Of a stretch of 64,000 nucleotides of DNA, positions 37,504 to 50,021 are shown piece after piece (the first letter of the stretch is position 1; each line of letters opens with the position of its first letter). The position numbers and the translations under genes are program-made. The notes under the pieces were generated by a model, which was given only the letters and a program-made list of their open reading frames with translations, was not told where the DNA came from and did not search any database. The stretch is from Paraspadella gotoi (lineage: Eukaryota > Animalia > Chaetognatha): NCBI GenBank assembly GCA_051294375.1, contig CM119265.1, forward strand, positions 26,576,564 to 26,640,563. The letters run 5' to 3'.

Positions 37504-40500
37504 ATGCTGCATTTCCTCTGCTGCGTCCTGGCGACGCTGCTGGTGACGGCGGCCGCAGCACCGGGAGACTCGCCGGTCATGACTGCGGAGGAGATTGCGG
37601 CGCAGATGGCGGAGCAGATGGCGGCGCAGTTGGCAGAGCAGATGGGATCGGGAATGACGCCGGAGATGGCAGCGCAGATGGCAGAAGCGATGAAGGCGGC
37701 AACTGCTGAATTGCCACCTGGAATTACGCCGGAGATGGCAGCGCAGATGGCAGCGGCCATGGCAGCTGGGGATGGTGGGGCTGGAGCTGGAGCTAGACCT
37801 GGACCTGGACCTGGAGGTCCTGGATCTCGCCCTTGGGCGAACCCGAGCAGCCAGAGTAAGTTAAGATTTTAAGAGACAAGGGGCTAACTTGGCTTCTTCT
37901 CGAGTTTATTAATTAATATGATTTAAATAATAATCCATTGCTACATCAAGATTCAATTAATGAGTTCATATTGTTTAAATATCAATTCAAACATGTATGG
38001 TTTTAATTTTCTTCACGTACAAATTAGTGCATATAAGTTATAACGGTCGCTGCTGTGGAAACAATGTATAACATCTTAAACAAAAAGTTTTCAATAGCTG
38101 GATGTTTTAATTTGACGGTAGAGTTTTCTCTTCTTATCTGAAACTTTGTCCACAGAGTCAATAATAATTCAATTTTTCATTTAACCTCATTACATTTCCG
38201 AGAAAAAATTATAATTAACTTACATGGTGAAAATTTTAAACCCGCCGCAAAAAAAAAATTATTAATTGAAAGGTAAAAAAAGAAATTTATACACTTTGGT
38301 ATTTTCTACTCAATTAATTTTTAAAATCAATAAAATAAGCACTGGTTTGCTTTTTTTTTTATCGGTGGGTTTAAACTTTTTACCATGTATAGCAGAGTAT
38401 AGCGAGAACAACGCAATTTTATCTTCAAACAAATGTACAAAAACGCAATTTTTTAGCCTTAAATTTCCTCATGACGCAGTAATGATCGACCCTCCTCAAA
38501 ACTTCACGGTCTCGACTCTTTCATCATCCAAAATCATTTGCCGATGGGAACCTCCATTGGGTCGTTACACTAACATAACCGGATACAATATTCGGTTCAG
38601 AAAAGTCGGGGATCTTTCGTTATCTTTGTTCGCGGTCACTGGAAAAACGAGACAATTCACGATTGAGAGTGAGTCGATATCGATTTGATTAAATAATACT
38701 GAAGTTGATAGTTTTTAACAATGAAGCTAATGCTGAAGCTGAAAGTTTTATGAGGAGATTCGATATATTGAATTTGCGATTGTCCTTGGAGTTAATTATT
38801 AACCTCAATTCAATTAATTTTTTTAGCCTTAGAAACAAAGAGTCGATGTTAATTAACTCTAGTAATCTCTGTTCTAGATACCATTACTTCTTTCAATCAA
38901 TTTCTTTGTCAGATTTGGAAAGTGATACACAATATCAGGTTCGCGTTGAGGCTACAAACGCTTATGGAATCAGTCCACCCACTGTTTGGATAGAAACAAA
39001 AACTTACGCCCTGGATTCAGATGGTGAGCGAGAGTAAAAGATGTAGATGAAATGTATAAAGATATTAATATGAAATTGGTTAAACCAATATATTATCATG
39101 GATGCATCATGTTATTATTTCTATTATAAATTAGTTATAGAAATGATAATATCGCTGAAAAATTTATAATGGAGAAAAACAACTTAATTGACAAAATAGG
39201 TTCCTCTAATGGTAATTAAAAATGTGACCATACAAGTTTTTAATCGGATTAATTTTCCTCCTTGAAATTATAAACATAACGAATTAAGTCAGTGAAGATG
39301 AAACTCTTAAAAAAGAAAAACAAAAGACGTGAAAGACTGTAGAAATATCTTCACAATTATATTATCCATCCACCGATTGAAAATTATAACTTCACAAATA
39401 ATTCCGGTCCTCAGTGCCCATAGGTCCACCACAAAACATCCTAGTTCGCGCGGTTTCGCCTTCAAAAATGATTTGTCAGTGGGAACCACCGGTTAATGTT
39501 GAACAAAATGACATAATTGGATACAAAATTTTTTACAAGAAAGCTGACTCTTCTTCGATTCTTTCTTTGGACACGAGCAGTTTCCTCAATGTTATGATTT
39601 TCTCCAGTGAGTTGTCGTCGTTGTGTTCGATATTGGTCCGTGAATTGTAAATGTGTCTGTGACAAAATCTCTCTAAGTTGCCCAAAATCACATCGCAGCC
39701 AATTTTCTGTCTCTAGATTTCCATAACGAATCCCTTTGTCAGGTTTGGAAAGTCGTACCCGGTATTTAGTTTGGGTCATGGCAAGAACCGTTGATGGAAT
39801 CAGTCTTGCATCAGAGATTAAGAAGTGACAACTCCGGATGGTTAGGCTAAAAATATCAGTCAAATCATTTTAATTCATGAATATGAATTTTAAAAACGTG
39901 ATTAGCAACGCGTTGTATGTTAGCTGTTTATCAAGGCACATTAGTTTCGAATGGATAAGTTATATTTAAAAAAAAAAACCAATAACAACAACTACGTTAA
40001 ATTGGTAAAATATTTGTCATCAGAAAAACGTTACATTTACTTACTTTTACAGCAGCGAACCAAAAATAATCAGATTGTCAAATTTAGGTTTATTTTGTTT
40101 CAATTTCGTGACAGTATACATCAAAATTCGATATCTGCGGCTATAGCTTTCACTGTGTCTACATTAATTGTATATATTTTCATTTCTTTAAGATTCCGGC
40201 GCGTCGAGCGAAGGACCTGCGCCAGAAAACGGTGACTATTATCAAAAATTATTTATCGATGCATAAATTAATGCTCTTTGCAGTAAAGAACAAAATACAT
40301 CGATATCTTTATTAATTAAACTTTTTGTTATATCAGGTTCTGGTTCTGGGCCAGTCTCGGATTCCCAGGAGGCGCCAAAGGGAAAAGTGGACGACTACAT
40401 GTCAAGTCAGTTAACAGACTTTATAATAAAGATTTGAATAACATCTTCAAGATGGAACTTTCCTAAATAATATAATATGGTAACAGCCGGGTTGCCTGTG

Positions 40501-41651
40501 ATGCCAAGTGGGATGGGGCATCTCACTGTTGGCTTTGGGGGCTTCCGACCCTCAGTGACGTCGCCAGTCACTGGCGCGGTTACCCTATGACTGTCTCGCT
40601 TTGCCAACGCAGAGGGAAGTCGTTAGAACTGGGGATGGAACACTACGCCTGGGATGTTGTGTTCCGCCTCTGAGCCAGTGGATTTGGCTGAAGGGTGGAG
40701 GACGTGAGGCAGCTTATATCTTCATTATTTTTTACTTTTATCTAATAATTTTAGTGTGGTTTTTTTTTTTAATTTGAACAACTCGCATCTTTCAATTTAT
40801 ACAAAATTACAAATTATTATTTTATTTTATTTTATTTTATTTTATTTTACGTTTGCTTCAATATTAAATTTATACGAAGTAAAAGATTTTCTCACAACTG
40901 TTGTCGATGAAAAACTTTAGTATTTATCACTACATCACCAACTTTATCACATCTACTTTTATCACAGCTCCGTCAGGGGTCCGCCTAATGAAAGCTTGGG
41001 AAGGAGTCGCGGGCCAAGCGTTGGGACTTTCCAAAACTTTGACTCGTTTTGCTCCGCCGGTGAAAAACTGTTGAAAAATATCACACGCAACTATTTCGTG
41101 GTAAGAGAGAAAGTAATGTAATGTAACTTAATGTAAATTAATGGTATGTACTTTATTGTAAAGAAGAAAGCGACGCAGTCACATTCGAGAAAGTACTGAC
41201 GCATCAACATCAACATCATTAACAACAACAACATCAACATCAACATACATGTTACGATAATGATATTAAATATGAATAGTGATTTAATGGGATAAATAGC
41301 GCTACCTACATCAAGTGTATAATATTAGAAAGAATATAAAAAGACTATTTTTGAATATAGCAGAAGAATTTTAAAGACGACGACCAAGAAACAATAATGT
41401 CGACGGAACAGAAAGAAACAAACAAACAAGAAAGAAATAAAACAATAACAAAGAAAAAACAAAAACAGCAACTAGTACATAATACTTGAAACTTCCTAAC
41501 AATTTTCTCCTCTTCATCTGTCGACAGTCGTGAAGACTTTCGTGAATTCGGCGTCACCAGAATCGGTGAAGACTCTCGCTGTCGGCGTCGTTGAAGCCTC
41601 GAAGACGACGCTCACGGATTTTAGTGACTTCTATGACAAATACAGTGAGAT

Positions 41652-41738
<87 letters not shown>

Positions 41739-42884
41739 GAGAGAAGAGAGAGAAGCAAGCTAATTTGCTCCATTATTCCATATCCTTTTAACCTCCCACC
41801 TTTCCCCTCCACCCCCCCTTATCCCCCGCTTCCTCCGCCCTTACTCCCCCCCCGCGCGTTCCAGATCCCTCAACCCCCAAGTTGATCCAGCTCGTCGTCG
41901 TCGTCGTCGCGCGTGGACGACCTCTTTGACTTCTTCGAGACCACTTCGGAACTCCTCTTGTCTGTGGACGAATTTCTCAAAGAAGCCGACAAGATGGGAC
42001 AGAAACAGATGTTGGAGATTGTCGAAACGTAAGGACAATCAATATGTCCGTCCGTCTGGCGATTGTAATGTCAATGCGTCCGTCTATCGGTCGATAACGT
42101 CACTTTATTTTTTAGATTTTTTTTAATTGTCCATCCGTTTCTCCGTCGATATGTTAATAATTAATAATTAACATTAATAATTAACATTAATAATTAATCC
42201 GTGTTTCCGTCATTCCGTTTTTTTTTTCCACATCCATCAGTCCGTCTGTCCGTTTTTGTTTTCGTGATTGCTACAATCAGCATTTTTAGTTGTCTTTACG
42301 AGTCTATAGATCTTTTCTAATATGTATCCATCTGTCAATTCATTTGTCCATTCGTTACTTGATTTCCAAAGTCCGTTAACTCAAAGCAAGCGGACCCTGA
42401 TTTGAACTTTTAATACGCAAAATAATATTTTCTGTCATATTCAATGTCATAATTAATCATCGATGTATCGATTAAACTACTAAACAATATAGAAAAGCAT
42501 AGTAAAACCCAAAAATAGACTTAAAGCATAATGTAAACCAATAGGACTTGAAATAATTTCCTACTATATGCATTGCATTGCATTATGCAAATAACCTTCT
42601 TGATTTCGATCCCATTGAATAATATTCTAAGAATCTATCTTTTGCATGTTGTAAAATATAAAGATATAAAATAGTGAAACAAGTTATTTTGAAATTGTCA
42701 TATTCAATATACTGTAATGAAATAATTCTTATCTACTTTGTCTTAATCCAGGTTGGATCAAACGATCATGATGTTAAAAATGTGGGAACCTCTGGAAGCT
42801 AAAATGTTCGTCGTTCAAGCAATGAATAACATCGAGACGATGTTGTCTTGCAATCTGAGAGAAGGTTCTAACGAGATTGTTTGA
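37504..42884 (+). CDS. Secreted protein: signal peptide, TPEMAAQMA repeats, two fibronectin type III domains, uncharacterised Cys/Trp plus helical C-terminal region (12 coding exons)
   Basis: Exons 37504-37855, 38480-38668, 38913-39023, 39415-39606, 39743-39840, 40193-40231, 40337-40405, 40487-40703, 40968-41100, 41528-41644, 41865-42028 and 42752-42884, all with canonical AG/GT splice sites. FN3 motifs PPQN..V..S..WEPP..GY.I / LE..T.Y.V.V.A. Four exons need a single frameshift correction. Confidence 0.8.
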
Positions 42885-43787
42885 CATTGTAAAAATAATC
42901 CAATCAAATCAAAAGAAAATGTTATTTTTTTTTTAATCTTTAAATACGAAAAGCTATATGATACACGAGACATCGTCAAGATTTACACAAAATTTATCAA
43001 ATTGACAATTAGTTATTGAATTATTGCTTACATCTCCTTACGTTTTGGTTTTTTTCGTTGATTCTTTTTTTTATTGATTTTTGCAAATGTGAATAATAAA
43101 TAAAACGGAAAAGAAATATATACATTCCTTAATTGTTTTAAATTTGATATCCACCAAATTTCTATAAATTAATAATCTTCAGTTACGATCGAACCCGACA
43201 TTTCTGGAGAAAAAAATTACTACGGTTTCAAACAAGTAAATAATACGTTGCGGTAATTACTGGTGGAATTGCCAAAAGTATCGCACATATATCTGACCTC
43301 AGACTTTGCAAAATGTTGACTGCGGCCGAAACTAAAATCTTTTGTTTTCTTCTCTCGAAGCGACATCTTTCGAGTGGCAACGCTATGTGGCACGCCTGCG
43401 TCCATTATTGGTCAAGGAAAAAAATAACGAGGATGCTTAGAATCTTAAAATAACTTCGACTCTTTGGAATAAAAAGCATGTAAAGATACAGCGAAGACTG
43501 CATCCCAAATGTTCTACTTTAACAAGTACGAAAATAGTANNNNNNNNNNNNNNNNNNNNNNNNNATAAATTAATAATCTTCAGTTAAGATCGAACCCGAC
43601 ATTTCTGGAGAAAAAAAATTTACTACGGTTCAAACAAGTAGAATAAATACGTTGCGGTANNNNNNNNNNNNNNNNNNNNNNNNNNNNNNNNNNNNNNNNN
43701 NNNNNNNNNNNNNNNNNNNNNNNNNNNNNNNNNNNNNNNNNNNNNNNNNNNNNNNNNNNNNNNNNNNNNNNNNNNNNNNNNNNNNNN

Positions 43788-46700
43788 GAAAGTGTAACAA
43801 CCTAAACGGACACGGGCACAATTACAAGGTACAACGGAAAATGTGGAATCTCCATAGTAATGTCAGAGTATGTATTCAAAACTTTCTTGGTAAACTTTAT
43901 TCGTCGTTTCTTTTATATGCAGATAGAAATAACAATAAAGNNNNNNNNNNNNNNNNNNNNNNNNNNNNNNNNNNNNNNNNNNNNNNNNNNNNNNNNNNNN
44001 NNNNNNNNNNNNNNNNNNNNNNNNNNNNNNNNNNNNNNNNNNNNNNNNNNNNNNNNNNNNNNNNNNNNNNNNNNNNNNNNNNNNNNNNNNNNNNNNNNNN
44101 NNNNNNNNNNNNNNNNNNNNNNNNNNNNNNNNNNNNNNNNNNNNNNNNNNNNNNNNNNNNNNNNNNNNNNNNNATCTGGCTGAATTAAAGGTGAATATCC
44201 AAATTGATTTATTTATTAACAATGAAATCTTATCCAAGTATTTGTTGTATTAGTACTTTTACTTTAATTTACAGATATTTTTTTTTGCTAATTGATAAAA
44301 AAGATTTGGGTTTAATTGATTCACGGATAAGAATTTCTAATTTTTTTNNNNNNNNNNNNNNNNNNNNNNNNNNNNNNNNNNNNNNNNNNNNNNNNNNNNN
44401 NNNNNNNNNNNNNNNNNNNNNNNNNNNNNNNNNNNNNNNNNNNNNNNNNNNNNNNNNNNNNNNNNNNNNNNNNNNNNNNNNNNNNNNNNNNNNNNNNNNN
44501 NNNNNNNNNNNNNNNNNNNNNNNNNNNNNNNNNNNNNNNNNNNNCGATGTCCCTGAATTTGAAGTTAGTTTAGCCAATTTGACCATTTGCTCCCCATGGC
44601 ACACTTCCCTTGCAGTTTGCTCCTTCTCTAGCAATGCAAGATACTTTCATTTCTATCCAGCAATGAACTAACCCATTACTTTTCCCTCTTCCCCAGCACT
44701 AACCCATCACTTTTACCTTTCCTCCAGCACTAACCCATCACTTTTACCTTTCCTCCAGCACTAACCCATCACTTTTCCCTTTCCCACAGCACTAACCCAT
44801 CACTTTTCCGTTTNNNNNNNNNNAAATACGTTGCGGTAATTACTGGTGGAATTGCAAAAGTATCGCACATATATCTGACCTCAGACTTTGCAAAAATGTT
44901 GACTGCGGCCGAAACTAAAATCTTTTGTTTTCTTCTCTCGAAGCGACATCTTTCGAGTGGCAACGCTATGTGGCACGACCTCGCGTCCTTATTGGTCAAG
45001 GAAAAAAAAATAACGAGGATGCTTAGAATTCTTAAAATAACTTCGACTCTTTGGAATAAAAAGCATGTAAAGATACAGCGAAGGCTGAAGCTTTAAATCA
45101 ATGCATTTTTAAATTTTAAAGCAGCCTGCATCCCAAATGTTCTACTTTAAACAAAGTACGAAATAGTATATAAACATTAGCTTGGATTTCTATTGACCTC
45201 TTCGATACGCTTTTCTTTCGTTCGGGCTTTAAATAGAATATCCGTGACATGTTGCCCATTCATCTTTGGAATTTATAAAGGTGAACTTATTTAGGAAAGA
45301 TTAAGTGGAGAGTTAAAAGTTAAGAGAATCAAGGTTTCAATCGTATGATAATTGATAGATAATTGAATAGAAAATTTATGTTACAATCATCAATCTATTT
45401 TAAAGTTAGTTCGTGATAAGTTGTCTGATCTGATTCAGATACCGAGCGAAATCTGAACGAGGCCTGACCTCCCTTTTCCAATTGTCCAACAAACACACCC
45501 CCACACAACACAGCAGAGCACGATTCTACTACTTCAGGTACTCTACGTACTCCTCTCCACTTCTACACAGCACACTCATAATATTTCTCATTTTATGTAA
45601 ATGATAACCACAACGATTCGCGCGTTCTACATTGGCGAGAGACAACCTTCCAACCACACCACCACAACACAAACGAATTTCCAATTTTTTTTCAACAAGA
45701 AAAATAATCTCTTCTGCTGTGACTTGATTCGATGGATCGCCAAGATTTGATCAAGCGATGTCCGCTGTTGAAGTTAGCTTTTAGTCCAAATCTTGACCCG
45801 CATGGCACACTTCCCTTGCCGTTCTGCTCCTTTCTAGCAATGCAAGATACTTTCAACTTTCTACATCCAGGAATGAACTAAGCACTTATCTTCCTCTCAT
45901 TCACAGCATATCTCACTTTTGAATCTTTCAGTATCACTTCTTTCTTTCACAGCCACTAACCATCACTTTTGCCGTTTCCGGGCGACTAGCACTACCCTCA
46001 CTTTTAAACCTTTTCCTCCGCAGCACTAAACCCATCTCACTTTTTAACCTTTCCTGCCAGCAACTAACCCAATCACTTTTAACACTTTCCTCCAGCACTA
46101 CCATTACTTTTGCCATTTCCCTCAACACTAACCGCATGCACTTTTTCTTTCCTCCAGCAATTAACCTCACCTGGCTCACTTTTCCCTTCCCAGCACTGAA
46201 TCGCATCATTTTTCGCCTTTCCCCGCAGGCACTAACCTATCATCTCCCTTTCCCGCCCAGCACTAAACGATGCTATCATTCTTCCCTTTCCGCCCAAGCC
46301 ACTAACAATATTCNNNNNNNNNNNNNNNNNNNNNNNNNNNNNNNNNNNNNNNNNNNNNNNNNNNNNNNNNNNNNNNNNNNNNNNNNNNNNNNNNNNNNNN
46401 NNNNNNNNNNNNNNNNNNNNNNNNNNNNNNNNNNNNNNNNNNNNNNNNNNNNNNNNNNNNNNNNNNNNNNNNNNNNNNNNNNNNNNNNNNNNNNNNNNNN
46501 NNNNNNNNNNNNNNNNNNNNNNNNNNNNNNNNNNNNNNNNNNNNNNNNNNNNNNNNNNNNNNNNNNNNNNNNNNNNNNNNNNNNNNNNNNNNNNNNNNNN
46601 NNNNNNNNNNNNNNNNNNNNNNNNNNNNNNNNNNNNNNNNNNNNNNNNNNNNNNNNNNTTCCCTTTCCCCCAGCACTAACCCATCACTCTTCCCTTTCCC

Positions 46701-46918
46701 CCAGCACTAATCCATCACTTTTCCCTTTCCCCCAGCACATCCCCAGCACGGCGGAGAATATCTCCATCCTCGTTTGGAACAAAATCTCACGCGATTTGAA
46801 GGCGAAATCCCACGAAAACCCGGATGTAATAGACGTGCGCTTGCACGAAGTTAAAGTTCACGAAACCGATAAGAACATCGTCGCTTATCGCGGAGAAATT
46901 ATAGAACTTCACGATTAA
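43788..46918 (+). CDS. PTS: 6-pyruvoyl-tetrahydropterin synthase (partial; visible exon parts 43788-43828, 44545-44563, 46736-46918)
   Basis: KCNNLNGHGHNYK (catalytic Cys and Zn-binding His), DVPEFE|HIPSTAENISILVW, and LHEVKVHETDKNIVAYRGE. The rest lies in gaps or in a noisy copy at ~45440-45780. Confidence 0.92.
44665..46738 (+). repeat. 31-bp intronic minisatellite CAGCACTAACCCATCACTTTTCCCTTTCCCC (arrays 44665-44813, 45880-46313 noisy, 46659-46738)
   Basis: CAG recurs at 44694/44725/44756/44787 and 46671/46702/46733. Confidence 0.92.
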
Positions 46919-47804
46919 TGTTCTAATTTATTTAAAATTATAGTTAAATTTAGTATTTTTGAAAAGCTGCGTTTAAAGATGAGGTATTTTATTAAAGAGT
47001 TCTTAGACCTTCTACGTTTCAGATATTCCTTTATATTAGAAAATATATAATGACTTTAGGTTTGTCTACTGTTTTTTTTTTTCTAAAATAATTTTAGTTT
47101 TGTATTACATGTTATATTTCTTAGGGTACGTTCTGGAAATAAACGTTTCCACAGAGAATTCGAGTTAAAAAACTTTTTTTTTTGAAATTATTTTTTTTAT
47201 TTTTTGAGTTTTTTGTATTATTTGTACTGTTTCAAATGAATGATTTTAAATAGATATAAATTTAGAATAAAAAAAATCTCTGTGTTGTAATAGATGGTGC
47301 AGCACTTGAGAAGGGGAACTGATTAGTTATCACTGATCACTGATAACGATAACCTGTCCAGATGACTTTTTTTCATTTAATAAAGTTCGAGGACTAATTT
47401 TTCTGCACCTTAGCTCAACAGTCAAAAATCGAATTGTTTATCGATTTCGATTAACGCGTCAAAAATTGATATGCGGGTTCCGATGGTACTAGTATCGGGA
47501 CCCGCGATAAGAGATATTGATATCAAGTCCCAACTACTTTCACCGGCGGAAGCTCACTTTAAAATTAAGAATTCCATCTCATCTTCGGGATTTTTCTTTA
47601 TTTTTTTAAATTTTTTTAAATTTTGACATTTACATCTTCGAAAAAATGACAAGTCGTGTCGCTGAAAATAGAAATTATTCAATGTAATAGGTTTCAACCA
47701 AACCGAAACAAGTAATTTACCCTCATAAAACCTGTAATCTTTAAAAGTGACTTACTCTTAGGTAAGATAGATCAAATAAAATTGACAAATCTTCATGTTT
47801 TAAT

Positions 47805-48030
47805 TCTTTGTAATTTTGTTTCAGACAACAATTTTATTTCAAAAAACGTACGTGTTTCGATTCGATACGAAATTTTATCAATTTAGACAAACGTGTCTAG
47901 ATTATTTCACAAATTGTCAAAGCGCTGATGTGATGTGATGTGATGTGATGTGATGTGATCTCGAATCCAGAGTCGAAACACGTACGTTTTTTTTAAATAA
48001 AATCGTTGTTTGAAACTAAATTACAAAATT
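47805..48030. mobile_element. MITE-like inverted repeat with internal (TGATG)n, just upstream of the methyltransferase
   Basis: Arms ttgtaattttgtttcagacaacaattttatttcaaaaaacgtacgtgtttcga / tcgaaacacgtacgtttttttaaataaaatcgttgtttgaaactaaattacaa. Confidence 0.75.
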
Positions 48031-48148
48031 TTATGCTTATAAATCTTCATAAACTTCGACCTCAACTTGACAAAGCTTCAAACAACGTTCTGTGATATTT
48101 AACTTGTTCTTTTTAAATCAGACAAAAACGAAAGACATCTAAGAGACG

Positions 48149-48493
48149 ATGGGCGAGCGACATTTCGAGGGAGACGCCCTCGCCGCACGCTACGCCCGAT
48201 TTCGACCCTCGATGCCTCAGTCGGTGGGCGACGCCATCTTGGATTTTCTCAAGGAAAAAATCCCGGACGAAGTTAGTAAGAATTGTGAAATCGCGGTATT
48301 GTGAAAACTTCTGAAATTTCACCAGGGTAATGTAATCAAAAGATGGGATTTGTCATTAATGAAAGATATTTTTAGTAACTACATACTAAGCATAATATAA
48401 ATTCCTGACTTCACATTTTTGATCGCCTGTTAACATTTTCCAATGTCAATCTTCCTTTGCCCAAATGTCGACTCGTGCAGTTTTAGCAGAAGG

Positions 48494-48573
<80 letters not shown>

Positions 48574-50021
48574 CAGGCCAAGTGGGACACAATTTTCTAC
48601 GCAACTTCGTGAACTCTCCTCACACAAATTTTCTCACGCAATTTTTCCTCCACAAAAACCCTTCTCCACTCTAATCTTGTCCACCTTCTCCCCCCACTCC
48701 ACCCCTCTCCACTCCCACTCCACCCCCTCTCCAACTCATCTCCACTCCACTCCACAGTCCACCTGGCACACTCACATCGACGTCGGCGCCGGATCCGGCC
48801 AAAGCGCCGAGATTTTCTCCCCTCATTTTCAACGCGTCCTCGGCGTCGACGTTTCCGAGAGTCAAATCGAAGAGGCGCGCCGGCGACGCCGCACGCCGAA
48901 CGTCGAGTACGTCGTCGGCGCAGCGGAGGCGTTGCCGGTCGACGACGGCGCCGCCACTCTAATCACGGTCGTCGCCGCCGCTCACTGGTTCCATCTGGCG
49001 CCGTTTTACGAGGAGGCGTGGCGCGCGATGCGGCCGGAAGGGACGCTGGCGTTGGTTCGGTATTTGACGATGTGAGTATGTTGGTAAGGGGGGACTGGGG
49101 GGAGTGAGGGATGAGGTAAGTAAAGGAATAGTGAAATACTGAACATGCGGAAAATTGAGCTGGTGAGGTGACTTAACTCAGATCGTAGATACGACAACAT
49201 AATTTTTATAGCTTTGGCAATGACCTTAGACACGATCGGACTCATTAAAAGGACCGAGGAGACCGTAAGGTCAAAGTGACCTTAGCGACCGACCGGCCCG
49301 ACTAAGAGAAGAAGGCAGATTATTGTATATTCGACCTGTGTTAAGTCGCATCAGTTGAGTCATTCATATCATTTAGAAAAATTTATCATTTATGTCATTT
49401 ATATTTATTAAAATTATTATATTATTATCTGAAGAAAAATCGAAACAAAAAAGATATTTTTTTAAAGTAAACGAAACGATTTCTTTCCAATAATTAACGA
49501 TTGAAAGTAAAACTACAAGCACTAAGCTATCAAAAAATGTAAATTAAGTCTTATCTTATTATTATAGTAGATAATAGTGAATTTAATTTCTTTCAAAAAA
49601 AAAAAGCCCCGATTCGATAGAGATCGAATCCACCACCGCCACGCCCACCTCTACCACTCCCAGACCGACCACCCCGTCCGCCACTCTCATCCGCGACTCT
49701 CTCCTACGTTACCGCGCCACCCTCCCATGGTCCGGCGCCGTCGTCCGGATGGGCGCCGATTTCGAGATTCCTCTCCCTCCGGCGAAGCGCTTCGTCGTCG
49801 TCCGGCGTGGAATTCTCGGCCGAGCCCGTCTGGTCATGAACCCGGCGGAGCTGGGCGGATTTATCAGGACCTGGTCCGCCTACGGTGTGGGTCAAAAGGA
49901 GCGACCGGGAAATGGAGACTTGGAGGAGTTTTTGAAGGAGGTGGTGGGGATTGTCGGGGAGGAGGGGAAGGTGGTTTGGGGATTCGATTATAGGGGGATT
50001 TTGATGAGGAGGGTAAGTTAA
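48149..50021 (+). CDS. Class I SAM-dependent methyltransferase (Methyltransf_11 type); exons 48149-48271, 48758-49071, 49607-50021
   Basis: YARFRP N-terminus, motif I IDVGAGSGQ, VLGVDVSESQI, AEALP, AAHWF, RPEGTLAL, and C-terminal FIRTWSAY. One 1-nt frameshift near 49718. Confidence 0.88.

Noticed and set aside
40487-40703. Selenoprotein reading (two in-frame TGA, CL*C) or structured ncRNA/LTR
   Set aside because: Removing one C at gttaccctat gives an open exon in phase with both neighbours, and no SECIS was identified.
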